Positions 12,691 through 23,850 of a stretch of 64,000 nucleotides of DNA are shown piece by piece; positions within the stretch are counted from its first letter, which is position 1, and each line of letters opens with the position of its first letter. The stretch comes from Carcharhinus longimanus (taxonomy: Eukaryota), in the NCBI GenBank assembly GCA_030264375.1, contig JASCQW010000150.1, positions 22,019,192 to 22,083,191 of the forward strand, given 5' to 3'. The position numbers and the translations under genes were made by a program. A model generated the notes under the pieces. That model was not told the origin of the DNA. It saw nothing but the letters and a program-made list of their open reading frames with translations, and searched no databases.

Positions 12691-14599
12691 TTATGTCCAT
12701 TCTCTAGGAGAGAGCCTCAACTGCCCTTGTGTCTGTGCCAACATATCAGTTCTGTAAAGTATGTTTGAAATTCCAGATATGTAAATTGAAAAGAAAAACA
12801 CCTGAAGAAGCATAAATGAACGTGTGAAAGGTTTCCTGTTGCGGAAAGCCAGTTTGGAATAGAATTCTAAAGCTGAAGGCAGTGAATAATGCAATGAAAT
12901 GGGCTGCTTTGTTTAGGATGTACTGTAGTATTCTGAAATTGTTTTAAATATTTTTCAGCATCCAGCATGCTGAAAACAAGGCTTATTTTAAATGACATTT
13001 CAAAAAAAATTAGTTTCATGCTATTTTCTTATTGGACTTCAAATAAAATAATGAATATTCAGCCATAGAAAGTGCCACACCCTCATTTGGAACTATTTTA
13101 CTGTCATGCATTCCCTCACTTACACAAAAAAATCAGTTCTTACATTTAAAATTAGCATGTAAGGCAGCAAAACAAGTCTCACCCACAGTGAATGTGAGAG
13201 GATACCACTGTTGGTAGTTACCTTTTTAAAATCATCTAGGATTAGACAAAAGTTGTTTTCTCTCTGCTCACAAACATAATGAACTGAGGTAAATTGTGAT
13301 GAATGCTTTTCCTTTCCCACCTTGCATATTTAACACGAGGAAGTCAGATATTAAATTCATTTTTTTAAAGGATCATTTCTCTCCTGGTAAAATGGTATTT
13401 TTTTCATATTTTGCACAGATGATTTCAAATTAATCTTTCCTTGTCCAGACAAAAGGCTCTTTTGTCCAGACCGTAATGGGAATTGTGCACCCAGCCATCG
13501 CAGGTGTGTCACTGGCGACTGTTGGTCGGAAGACATCAGTAATGGAACTAAGATGTTTTGTTTGATTTGGTAGAAAGTCAAGAATGAATGCTGGTCTGGA
13601 AGTGTGAAAGGCAGGTTTTTGAAATTAGTCATAGCATGCTGAAAACGAATGCCATGATCATGGTGATCAAATACCACAGTGAGTAAGACAGCAGTCTTTC
13701 ACTAATTGATTTGGATAATTATGAAGCTGTTTTGTCTTTGCCTATTTACACTGCTTAAAACTAATACTTTGACTAGTTCAGTACATTGACTATTAAAAGT
13801 TGATAATCTCAATTTTATGGCTAAATGAATAGAAACAACAAATTAAATGTTCTGACTGTTCCTGCTGCCAGGTTATCAATGTCTGATTATTTCAATATTT
13901 CTATATTTAAAGTAAACACTTTGTTAGAATCCAGTAAGATAACAAGGAATTTGTTTCATGTCAGATGAGAGCAAATGCAAGCTTTGCTGAAGCTTATTTT
14001 AATCCTGTATTTTTTCTGATGTAAACTTTCATTGTTATCTTTTAGTTTAAGATTTCAAAAACAAATAAACAAGGGTGTCTAAGTATTGTTTTGGCTAATA
14101 GTTAGCTATTTATTAGTTGCAATCCATCACTGTTAGCTTCAGCATCTAGGTTTACTTGATATTGGAAGGAATACGAGTATACATGTTGGCTTTCCTGCTC
14201 CTTCCTTGTTCTGAGACTGAAGTGTGATAGTTACAAATGGATGTCTTGTAATGAAAGACAGTGGATGGAATTTCAGTCCCACCCACCTCAGGAATTGTAG
14301 CCAGCAGGACAGAAAATTTGGCAGACCATTTGAAGGTCTGACCTTGAGTGGGAATTTTCAGGTTTGGGGTGTGCGCGGCTGCAAAATCCTACCTGTAAAT
14401 CTTGATATTCCCAGTTTGGAGCTATGGGACTTGTATTTGGATGCCTTTATGGGTAATCATGAGCCTTGCCAATTCTGTTCTTTTTCAGTCTAGGCGCTTT
14501 GCAGAAAGTTGCTATTTTTTTAACCAAGTTCTATAGTGGTAGCAATGAAAAAAATAAATGATTAGATGGATGGCATTATATTATTCATAGTGGAATTAT

Positions 14600-14920
14600 T
14601 ATCAATGGAATGTTAACTTGGTTATGTTACTGCACTAACAATCTTGAAATCAAAGTATCTAGATTTTTTAAAAATTGCATTAGTAGTGACCATATAATTA
14701 AGATTTGTATATATGACAATCTGGTTCACACTCTTAGTAAAGGAACTATACTATCCTGACATTGTCTTTGCCTTTCTGTGACTTCAGATACACAGTAGTG
14801 GTTTTTAACTGCCCTCTGAAATGGCCTAGCAAACCATTCAGTTGACAAGAGGACAAAGGGGGCTGGACAATAAATGGAGGCCTTGTTAGTGCCACCCACA
14901 TCCTGTAAATGAATTAAAAA
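14600..14920 (+). mobile_element. Older SINE with CR1-like tail
   Basis: atctggttcac..tgtgacttcaga..actgccctctgaaatggcctagcaaaccattcagttg..caataaatg..ggccttg..cccacatcc..aatgaatt; recalled as a common shark SINE pattern. Confidence 0.5.
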
Positions 14921-15953
14921 TTGGAATAAAAATAAGTAGAATGCAGAGAGATATTGGTGAAAAAGGACAAAGTACATACAAGGTGTTAATAATTTTATGT
15001 AAAATTATTACTTCAATTGTGGCTAATATAATAAGGCTACTCATGATGCTTATTACAGTAATATTATTTCAGTCACAGTGCATAAGCTGAAACAAAATTG
15101 ATAAATAGATGGGAGTTTATCTAGATTGATCTAAGGGTTAATGGTAGAATAGCTATTAAATGATTTGTTCATTTGCACATTACACCAAAATTTTAAATGT
15201 ATGTTGAGAAACTAAGCTATTATTTTACAGCCGTCATTTTCTTTTGCAGTGCAATAAATTAAAATGCAAAAACTTGAGTCTAATCCTATAGGTTTGTAGA
15301 ATACCAAGCCTGTTTGTGATTACAGCTCCAGCGTAGCAATCTGTTCAGGAAAAACTTGTGGAATGTGTAAGAAATTGGCTACACCAGTGAGTATAAAGAC
15401 ACTTTGGCATTTTGGTGTTGAAGAGGAAGGTAACTGAGACTTTTCACAAGAGGTATATAAGTTCTCTCAGCTGTAGGTCTCTCCACAAGGACAGGATCAC
15501 AGTGCTCATTGTACACAGGCTCAGTAGAGTCATGCGGGATTTATTTACACAAGTGATATGCCTTAAGGTAAAGTCAATCCAATTGTTACTTGTGAATATT
15601 CAGATTTCTAAGGGGCTGGGTGCTGCCTCATGAACAAAAAAAATAAAATTAATTGTCCACGCTGGCAAAACTACAGAGACGTCATGCATATACCAAAACT
15701 TGAATCAGACTTCTTGCTGATTTTTTTTTTGCTTATTTCATAAGTGGGATATGTGGCTTCATTAGATGAGAAAACTGAAGCTCCAAAGAGTTTAAGAAAT
15801 TAAAGTTCTAAACTCTGCTCTCTNNNNNNNNNNNNNNNNNNNNNNNNNNNNNNNNNNNNNNNNNNNNNNNNNNNNNNNNNNNNNNNNNNNNNNNNNNNNN
15901 NNNNNNNNNNNNNNNNNNNNNNNCTCTGCTCTCTTGATTTTGGCCACGTTGTT

Positions 15954-16239
15954 TCAACTGCCCTCTTCAGCAGAACGTATGTCAGATTTTAATTTTACAA
16001 ACTCCTTTGCCACTTCATCATTGTTTCTTTGTGACAGTATCCTGAGGACAGTTAGTCCTGTCTCATCCATATGAATTCTGCGGCCAAGTGGTAACCAACA
16101 GGCACTACTTCCCTTCTGAATGATATCGCGCAGTTGCATCACAGCAATGCCCACACTTCGATCTTCTCGGGCAAAACAGTAATCCTTTACGCAGATCTGG
16201 AGTTCGTAACATTCTGGACCATCCTCAGCGCTCAAGGTG
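15954..16239 (-). CDS. UNC13A: UNC13A terminal coding exon (C2C C-terminal half)
   Basis: ttacag| acceptor. Translates [27 protein letters not shown]...[74 protein letters not shown] and KSDxRSAEEG fit UNC13A better than UNC13B or UNC13C. Confidence 0.93.
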
Positions 16240-16399
16240 CTGTAAAATAATGAAGCAAATTAAGTCAATAGGGTGCGTACAAAACTGATCTGTTTTGTTT
16301 TAGTACAACAAAATTTATTTGCCTTGATTTTTGTCTACTGTTAATAGCTGCAATAGCTCAGTAAGAAGGAAATTAGTTGACAATTTGTAACAAATTTAA

Positions 16400-17055
16400 C
16401 TTAAGTCTGACAGATGGGAGAATAATGTGGGAAAACATGAAGTTGTTCATTTTGGCAGGAAAAATAAGAGTTCAGAAGCAGAATTGAGGTGCAAAGGGAT
16501 CTAGTGTTCTAGTACACGAGTCACAAAGGTACAAGCAAATAAGGCTAATGGAATGCTATCAGTAATTCTGAGAGGAATTGAACATAAGATGTTATACTTT
16601 AGTTTAAACATCAAATTGTGTGCAGTTTTGGTTTCATTTGAAGAAGGGTGTAAATATGTTGGAGGTGGTTCAGAGGAGGTTTATAAGATTGATATCTGAA
16701 ATAAGTCTTATGAGGACAGGCTGGCTTGTTTCCACTGTAGTTTAGGAGAGGGTGACTTCACTGTCATATGTAAGAGCCTGAATGGTCTTTGATGTGGAAA
16801 GAATGTTTCCTCTGGCGGGTGAATCCAGAACTAGGGAGACTGTTTTTAAAATTAGGGGGTTGCCCTTTTAGGACAGATGACTTTGGAACACTTTGCCTCA
16901 GAAGGTGGCAGACATGGGGTCATTGAATATTTTTAAGGTGGTAGGGAGATTCTTGGTGAAGGAATAGGTGCAAACGTGGAATTCAAAACACAAACCGATA
17001 AGTCACAGTCTTAATGACTAGCTGAGTAGGCTGAATAACCTAATTTCGGTACCTA
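16400..17055 (+). mobile_element. Degenerate CR1 LINE ORF2 3' region
   Basis: gaagttgttcattttggcaggaaaaat, ggaggtggttcagaggaggtttataagattgata and tccagaactaggg motifs; many stops and indels. Confidence 0.75.
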
Positions 17056-17800
17056 TTTCATAGAGAGTTGATAGAGATACTCAAAAGCACTTGGAGATTG
17101 TGACAGCAAAGATGGTGAGAAGTTGATCTTGTTGGCAAAGGGCAAAAGAAGCAACAGCAATATGAATAAATGTTTACACAATGACTGGTTAGGATCTAGA
17201 ATTGAGATTGTGCAGGCAATTCTTAGTTGAGGCTTCTTAAAGCACTTGATAGAGGAATATGGTATGGGGTTAGGGAGGAGACGTGGGACTATTCTGTGAA
17301 CCAGTATGGACATGTGGGGCTAAATGAATTAATACAACTGCTGTCGTCATAATTGTTTCAGCAGATAGATGTCAGAGAGCTGAAGGTAATTCTTAGTAAT
17401 TAGCAGCTCTGCCCTCTTCTCTTTTACTAATAGAATTCAAAGTTGCAGGAGGTTATAGCATTCAACTACATGGTTATTAATTATCTTTGTGCGCACAACA
17501 TGTTGCTTTCAAAAATCTTAGATTAATGTAGAAAAATGCTAAAATATTAAATTTGGTTCACAGATGAAAAAAATCAAGTGGAACTATTCTTCCCAGGGTA
17601 AATGATACATAATTACAGTGTTTGAATTATTAAAAACATGTTAGTTTATGGCATATTTAACTCAGCCTGCTTTAAATGGAGACAGTTTAAACCATTGACC
17701 CAATGGTTCTGACCATTGGGGGAACAGTAGTGCAGGGGTAATGTCACTGGGCTAGCAAGCTAGAGGCCCAGCCTAATGGCAACTGGTGAGGGGGAGAAAA

Positions 17801-18474
17801 GGGGTGGCTCAGTGGTTAACACTGCTGCATCACAGTGCCAGGGACCCAGGTTTGATTTCCCTACTTGGGTCACTGTGGAGTTTGCACATTCTCCCTTTGT
17901 TTGTGGGTTTTCTCTGGGTGCTCCAGTTTCCTCCCACAGGCAAAACAAGTGCAGCTTAGGTGGATTGGCCATACAAAATCCCTCATGGTAGGTTGGTGGA
18001 AAAGGTTAAGGCTCATGGGATACAAGGACAGGTGTCTAGATGGATTGAGAACTGGNNNNNNNNNNNNNNNNNNNNNNNNNNNNNNNNNNNNNNNNNNNNN
18101 NNNNNNNNNNNNNNNNNNNNNNNNNNNNNNNNNNNNNNNNNNNNNNNNNNNNNNNTTTCCTCCCACACCCCAAAAACGTGCTCTTAGGCTGATTTGGTGT
18201 AACAAGTTGTCCCTAAATCAGTCTTCCCTCAATCTTCCCCAATAGGTGTAGACAAAGGTCATAGGTAGAGGAGAGCACGCAATGTTAAAATGGCGGTGTG
18301 GACTCGTTGGGCCAAAGGGCCTGTTTCCTGTGCTGTGTTGTTCTTTGTTAAATTGCCTCTTTAGAGGAAGGGGGATTAGCTAGAGTAAATGTATGGCGTT
18401 AGGGCCTAAGTGGGATTGTGGTCAGTGCAGATTTGGTGGGCCAAATGGCCACCTTCTGCAATGTAGGATTCTGT
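17801..18474 (+). mobile_element. HE1-like SINE interrupted by a CR1 RT fragment, a gap and a variant SINE tail
   Basis: SINE 5' half 17801-17973; CR1 RT peptide KIPHGRLVEKVKAHGIQGQVSRWIENW at 17975-18055; SINE resumes at about 18349 (taaattgcc) and ends about 18474. Confidence 0.75.
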
Positions 18475-18539
18475 AAAATTGTCTCATTTCCAACCCTCGT
18501 CTGTTGTAATATAAAATCAGCTCTCAGATGTGGGATGAT

Positions 18540-20290
18540 TATTTATTCTTTCATTGGCTGTGGGTGTTGCTGGCTTGCTAGCAATTATTGCCCATTACTA
18601 ATTGCCCTTGATGTTGAGCCATTTTCTTGGATTATTGTGCCCATGTGTTGTAGGAACATGTACTGTGCTGTTAGGGAGGGAATGCCAAGGTTTTGATGCA
18701 GTGTGAAGGAACAGTGCTATAATTCTAAGTCAGGCTGGTGTGTAGCTTGGAGAGGAGCATGCATCTGTGGTTGGTGTACTCCCAACCTCCTTACCCCCTC
18801 TCACCGCATCAATTGCCCTTGTCCTTCTAGATGATATATGTTGTAGGCCTCGAAGGTGATAGAGGAACCTTGGTAAGTTGTTGTAATACACTCAGAGCTG
18901 GTACACATTGCTCCCTCAACATCACACCATGCAGCAAATGTTTAAAGTGATGGATGGGGTGCCAATTAAGCAGGCTGCTTTGTGCTAGGTGGTACCTAGG
19001 TTCAAGTCTTGTTGGATGTGCATTCATCCAGGCCCATGGAAAGTTTCCCAACATACTTGTGACATGTAGATAATGGACAGTGGATAGCTGGGGAGTCAGA
19101 AGGTGACACATCACAGAATTCCCAGCCTCTAATGTTCTTGCAACCAAAGTATTTATATATAATGGTAACCCTTGGACTGTTAGTGGGGATTGACCAAGGG
19201 TAATGTCATGTGGAGATGGTCAGTGCTTGGCTCTTCTGTGGTGCAAATGTTACTTGCCACTAAATCAGTCCAAACCTAAATGTTAGCCAGGTCTTGACGT
19301 ATTCTGTATTTGAACAACAATGGCATCAGAATCTGGATTCGAGACTGGTGCTGAACATTGTGCAATCATCAGCAAACCTCCCCACATCTGACTTTATGTT
19401 GGAGGAAAGGTCATTTAACCAACCAAGAATGGTTGTGTTTGGGACACTACCTGAGGAACTCATACAGTGATGACCAGGGACTGAGATAACTGACCAACAC
19501 TATCAATCATGTATTGTTATGCTGCATATAACACCAATCAATCAGTGGAGAATTTTCCCTGATTCCCAATGCCTTCAGTTTTGTTAGGGGTGCTTGACAT
19601 CACAGCATAAGTTTAACCTTGTGTGACATCAAGGGCTGTTACATTTGCCTCACTGCATGTTCATCTGTTTTGTCCAGGTTTGTACCAAGGCTATAGAGAT
19701 CAGAAGCTGAGTGTCAGAAAGCAGGTTATTGCTGTTGAAGTGACACTTGTTAAGTGTCAATGACACTTTCCATCACTTTGAGTAGACTGCTGGGTGCTAA
19801 TTGACAGGAATGGACTTGTGCTGCTTTTGTGGACAGGATGTGGTTGGGTAATTTTTCACATTGCTGGGTAGATGCCAGTGTTGTAGCTATACTGGAACAG
19901 CTTGGCTAGGGTTCAGTTTGCTTTGGAGCACAAATCTTCAGTACTATTTTGTGAATGTAGTAATCAATGCCTTTGCAAGGAATACACAGATTGGCAGCTG
20001 TGATTCAGAATAATCATCCATGGTTTCTGGCTCAAAACTGACTGCAAACCCTTGCCTTTACCCTGATCTATTAGTGCCCCCGTCATTGAGGATGGGAATA
20101 TTTGGCGTGTCCTCCACTTAGTTATTCAGTTGCCCACCACTATTCACAACTGGAGAACTTGGATCTGATCTGTTGTTGTGGATTCACTTAGTTCTCTTGC
20201 ACACTTTCACTTGGCATGCAGAGGTTCAGTATTGTAACTTCACTGAGTTGTTATCTCATTTTCAGGTATGTCTTTTGCATTCTTCATTAG
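18540..20290 (-). mobile_element. Old CR1-clade LINE fragment
   Basis: Reverse-complement similarity to the LINE fragment at 28087-29130 (e.g. aatgttacttgccact, ccaaacctaaatgttagccaggtctt, gtgctgaacattgtgcaatcatcagc). Confidence 0.7.
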
Positions 20291-20771
20291 TATGGCTTGA
20301 GAATTGGTTTATGGTCAGAAAACACAATACATAAAATGGATCATTTTCATTTTGGTAGGCTGTAACTAAAGGGGTAGTTCATGGATCAATACTTGGCTCT
20401 CAGTTATTTAAATCTACAGAATTGAATTAGATGAGAGAAAAACAATCCAGCTTTGCCTTTTGAGGAAAAGAATTCCAGAAAGTGACAATCCTCAAATTCT
20501 CATCTCCATCTTAAATGAACAACCCTTTTAACAGTGACCTCTAATTTTAGATTCTCAGACAGGACAAAACATTCTCTCCCTAGCAATCCTGGCAAGAGCC
20601 CTCAGGATCTTTGACGTTGCCTCTTATTTGTATTTCTAATGGACACAAAACTAACCTTTACTCATAAAATAACTCACTCATCCTGTGTTCGGTGATTAGG
20701 GTGTCCCTTCATTCTATACCCCCAATCAGTTGTTGTTGGGTTATCTTGGAAGAGGTTGGATGCAGTGTACT

Positions 20772-21106
20772 GGTGAGTCTGAATTGCGATTGTACTATAA
20801 TTTTCAATTGTATTGCCAGTTCGCAGGACTTTTGTTAGTTTGCGCTTTCTGTAGCGGGACCTAGGTGCAAGGGCAGTAGAGAAGGGAGTGCGGGAGTACA
20901 AAAAGGCGGCCGCAAGAGACAGCAGGCAGCGGAGTGAAGGTGAGTGCTGCAAGGGCTTTAGCTCATAAGGCTTAGGTGAGTTACTGGTCCGATTTTTCCA
21001 TTTGTGCCATAAGGCTAAGGGCGGGCAATTAAATGACAGGGTCCTTGGGGAGGTGTGTTAGGTGCAATACGTGGGAGTTCACGAGGAGGAGAGAGGGAGA
21101 AGGGGG
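20772..21106 (+). mobile_element. CR1 LINE 5' UTR and ORF1 start (putative)
   Basis: CpG-retaining GC-rich leader; ATG at 21033 gives MTGSLGRCVRCNTWEF, with the CxxCxxWE pattern of a CR1 ORF1 zinc-finger start; runs into a gap. Confidence 0.55.
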
Positions 21107-21206
21107 NNNNNNNNNNNNNNNNNNNNNNNNNNNNNNNNNNNNNNNNNNNNNNNNNNNNNNNNNNNNNNNNNNNNNNNNNNNNNNNNNNNNNNNNNNNNNN
21201 NNNNNN

Positions 21207-21510
21207 ACTATCACTGTTTGCTGTGCAGACACATGGATTTGGGCCAGTGTCTGTGGGAGTTTGCGCATTCTCCCCGTGCTTGCTTGCATAGGTTTTCACC
21301 AGGTGCTCCAGTTTCCTCCCACACCCCAAAGATGTGCTATTAGGCTGATTGGCAGTAATAAATTAGTTTCCCTCAATGTGGATGGCCATAAAACAATAGA
21401 TAAGGGTCATGGGTGGAGGGGGCTACTGGTAGTGTTAAAATGGTGGCACGGGCTCGTTGGGCCGAAGCGCTTGTTTCCTGGGCTGTTTTTGTTCTTTGTT
21501 CTTTACTGTT
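21207..21510 (+). mobile_element. Variant SINE (HE1-related) with CR1-like tail
   Basis: gtctgtgggagtttgcgcattctccccgtg..tttcctcccacaccccaaagatgtg..gggccgaagcgcttgtttcctg..gttctttgttcttt; same variant as 18156-18348. Confidence 0.7.
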
Positions 21511-21762
21511 AGCAAAAGACCTAGTTGGAGCCAGCTGAACAATAGATACATTGATAAATGGATAGATTCCTTCACTTGGTTTTTAATTCTGATGGTTGAA
21601 TTTTGACTACTCTGATGTTTCAAAAAACATTAAAATACACTGAACTCCAGAGGTTTGGTGAGAATGACTACCCTTGACATCAAGGCAACATTTTACCAGA
21701 GAGTTGTGGAAAATGTAGTGATTGAAGCAGAGATAATGTCAACCTTTTTAAATGGAGAATGA

Positions 21763-22041
21763 ACCATAGAATTCCTGTAGTGCAGGAGGATGCCATTCAG
21801 CCCATCAAGCTTGTACCAACCACCCAGGCCCTTTCCCTGTAATGTCATGTATTTATCCTACTAATCCCCTGAACACTAAGGGGCAATTTAGCATAACCAA
21901 TCCACTTAACCTGCACATCTTTGGACTTTGAGAGGAAATCAAAGCACCTGCAAGAATGTTCAAACTCCACACAGTCACCCAAGACTGGAATTGAACCCAG
22001 GTCCCTGGCACTGAGACAGCAGACCAATGCACTGTGCTGCC
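21763..22041 (-). mobile_element. HE1-like SINE, near full length
   Basis: Matches the copies at 1-173 and 61772-62100 across head, body and tail. Confidence 0.85.
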
Positions 22042-22048
22042 ATGACAG

Positions 22049-22155
22049 TCATGATGTGGGTATGCCGGCGTTGGACTGGCGTAAACACAGTAAAAAGTCT
22101 GACAACACCAGGTTTTAGTCCAACCGAAAACCTGGTGTTGTCAGACTTTTTACTG
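22049..22155. mobile_element. Short fold-back element (Penelope-like terminus derivative)
   Basis: Perfect 29-bp inverted repeat (22088-22116 / 22127-22155) with flanking direct repeat ctgccatgacag (22037-22048, 22153-22164). Confidence 0.75.
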
Positions 22156-22522
22156 CCATGACAGAACAGGATAGAGGAATAAAGGGACTTGTGAATATAA
22201 GGGGCATTTTATATCGTAAGGATAAATACTGATATGGACCGAGATGAGTCAAATGCTTGTTTATACATTGTAATTTCACCATTGGGCAATTTTCTGCTCT
22301 TGTGACTAAAGAGTTCCCTGTTTAAAGGTTCACCTACAAGATGTAAATGATTTGTAGAAATGGATAATCCCAGAGAATTGGAACATTTAGAACCCACCTA
22401 TGGCAGGACACAAAAATTGGCTGTACTGAGCATTAATCTGAGCTGTTGCACTAACTTAGAAAGGAACGATCAAAATTCCAGCAGCTGGAATGATCACCAA
22501 AAGAGTAAGAAAAGATACTTAC

Positions 22523-22682
22523 AATTGAAAAGTTTCGTTGAATTTTGGAGCCCAGCTATTGTTTTTGGATTTGGTGGCAAACCTCCTCTTCTTGTCACTA
22601 AGGTGAGGCCCAATCATATTAACTTCAACAAATGGACGGAAGATACCAGTTGTTTGCCACTTTAGATCATTGGCAGCCACAA
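22523..22682 (-). CDS. UNC13A: UNC13A exon (C2C)
   Basis: tag| to TT|gtaagt. Translates [54 protein letters not shown]; phases match both neighbours. Confidence 0.95.
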
Positions 22683-23289
22683 CTACAAAGTGGGGGAAGA
22701 AACAGAGACTTAATTGCAGATTTAAACACAGTTTCTAGGTGCTAGAATTTCAGAGGATTAACATGGAATTTAGATCCAGATGTCACAGTTGTGCCACAAT
22801 GATTCTATTCCACTAGTCCATGGTGTAGCTACATCAAGAATGTAATTATGCCTCTTGATGCAGCAGATTACCTAATCAATTCTTTATAGATGGCAGCATT
22901 ATTTATGAACTATGGAAGTACACATTCTGTCAAGTAAATACTCCCAAAATTGGTAGGAAGAAATCAATTACACAAATGTGCTGTTTTGAATTTTTTTCAT
23001 TTCTAATGAGCATGGAGAGTGTTTTTAGTTCCCTTGGTCATTGTACATTTTCAATTAGAGCGCGTGTACAGTTGGTAAAATTTTAAACAGTTAATGAATG
23101 TCAATGTATAAATTTAAAAACAGAAGCTGGTGGAAATATTAAACAGGTCTGTTAGCATCTGTGGAGCGAGAATCAGATTTCCAAAATCTGGAATATTCTG
23201 CTTTCCTATTAGCACAAGTTAATTTGATTTTCAACAGGTCGTTGTTCTCAGTGGCCAACTATGAATATCAGGTAAAAAAGGAGAGAGGA

Positions 23290-23850
23290 ACTTGAAACAA
23301 TCATAATCACTCATTGCTTGTGATCTTCCAAAATTTCTTGGGTTATGGAAATGTTCCAGTGGATTGGAAAATTGAAAATAGTATCTCAAGGAAAAATACG
23401 GGAAACTATGGGCTAGTTAGCCTAATGTCTGTCACAGAAAAAATGTTAGGATCCATTATTAAGGAGGCAACAGAGGAAACTTAAAACTCATCATAGAAAC
23501 AGGCAGAGTCAACATGGTTTTGTGAAAGAGAAATTATGTTAACCTAATTTATTGGAGTTCTTTGAGGAAGTAACAAACAAGATGGATGTGGGAGAATCTA
23601 TTGATGTGGTGTACTCGGATTTACCAAAAGGCATTCAAAAGATCGCACCTGCATCAAAGGTTACTTATCAAATTAAGATCTTATGGTATATTGGGTAACA
23701 TATAACCATGGGTAAAGGATTGGTTAGCTAACAGGAAGTAATGATAAATAGGTCATTTTTGGGTTTGCAAGCTGTTAGTAATGGAGTGCCACATGGATCA
23801 GTGCTTGGGCCCAAGTATTTTCAATCTATATCAATGACTTAGATGGAGGG
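23290..23850 (+). mobile_element. CR1 LINE RT fragment
   Basis: ggcagagtcaacatggttttgtgaaa (QHGF), gatgtggtgtactcggattt (DVVYxDF), ggagtgccacatggatcagtgcttgggccc (GVPxGSVLGP), tatatcaatgacttagat (YINDLD). Confidence 0.85.

Noticed and set aside
22088-22155. Perfect hairpin as a miRNA precursor, terminator or CRISPR repeat
   Set aside because: It belongs to a dispersed repeat family with target-site duplications in eukaryotic DNA; there is no repeat-spacer array and no expression evidence.
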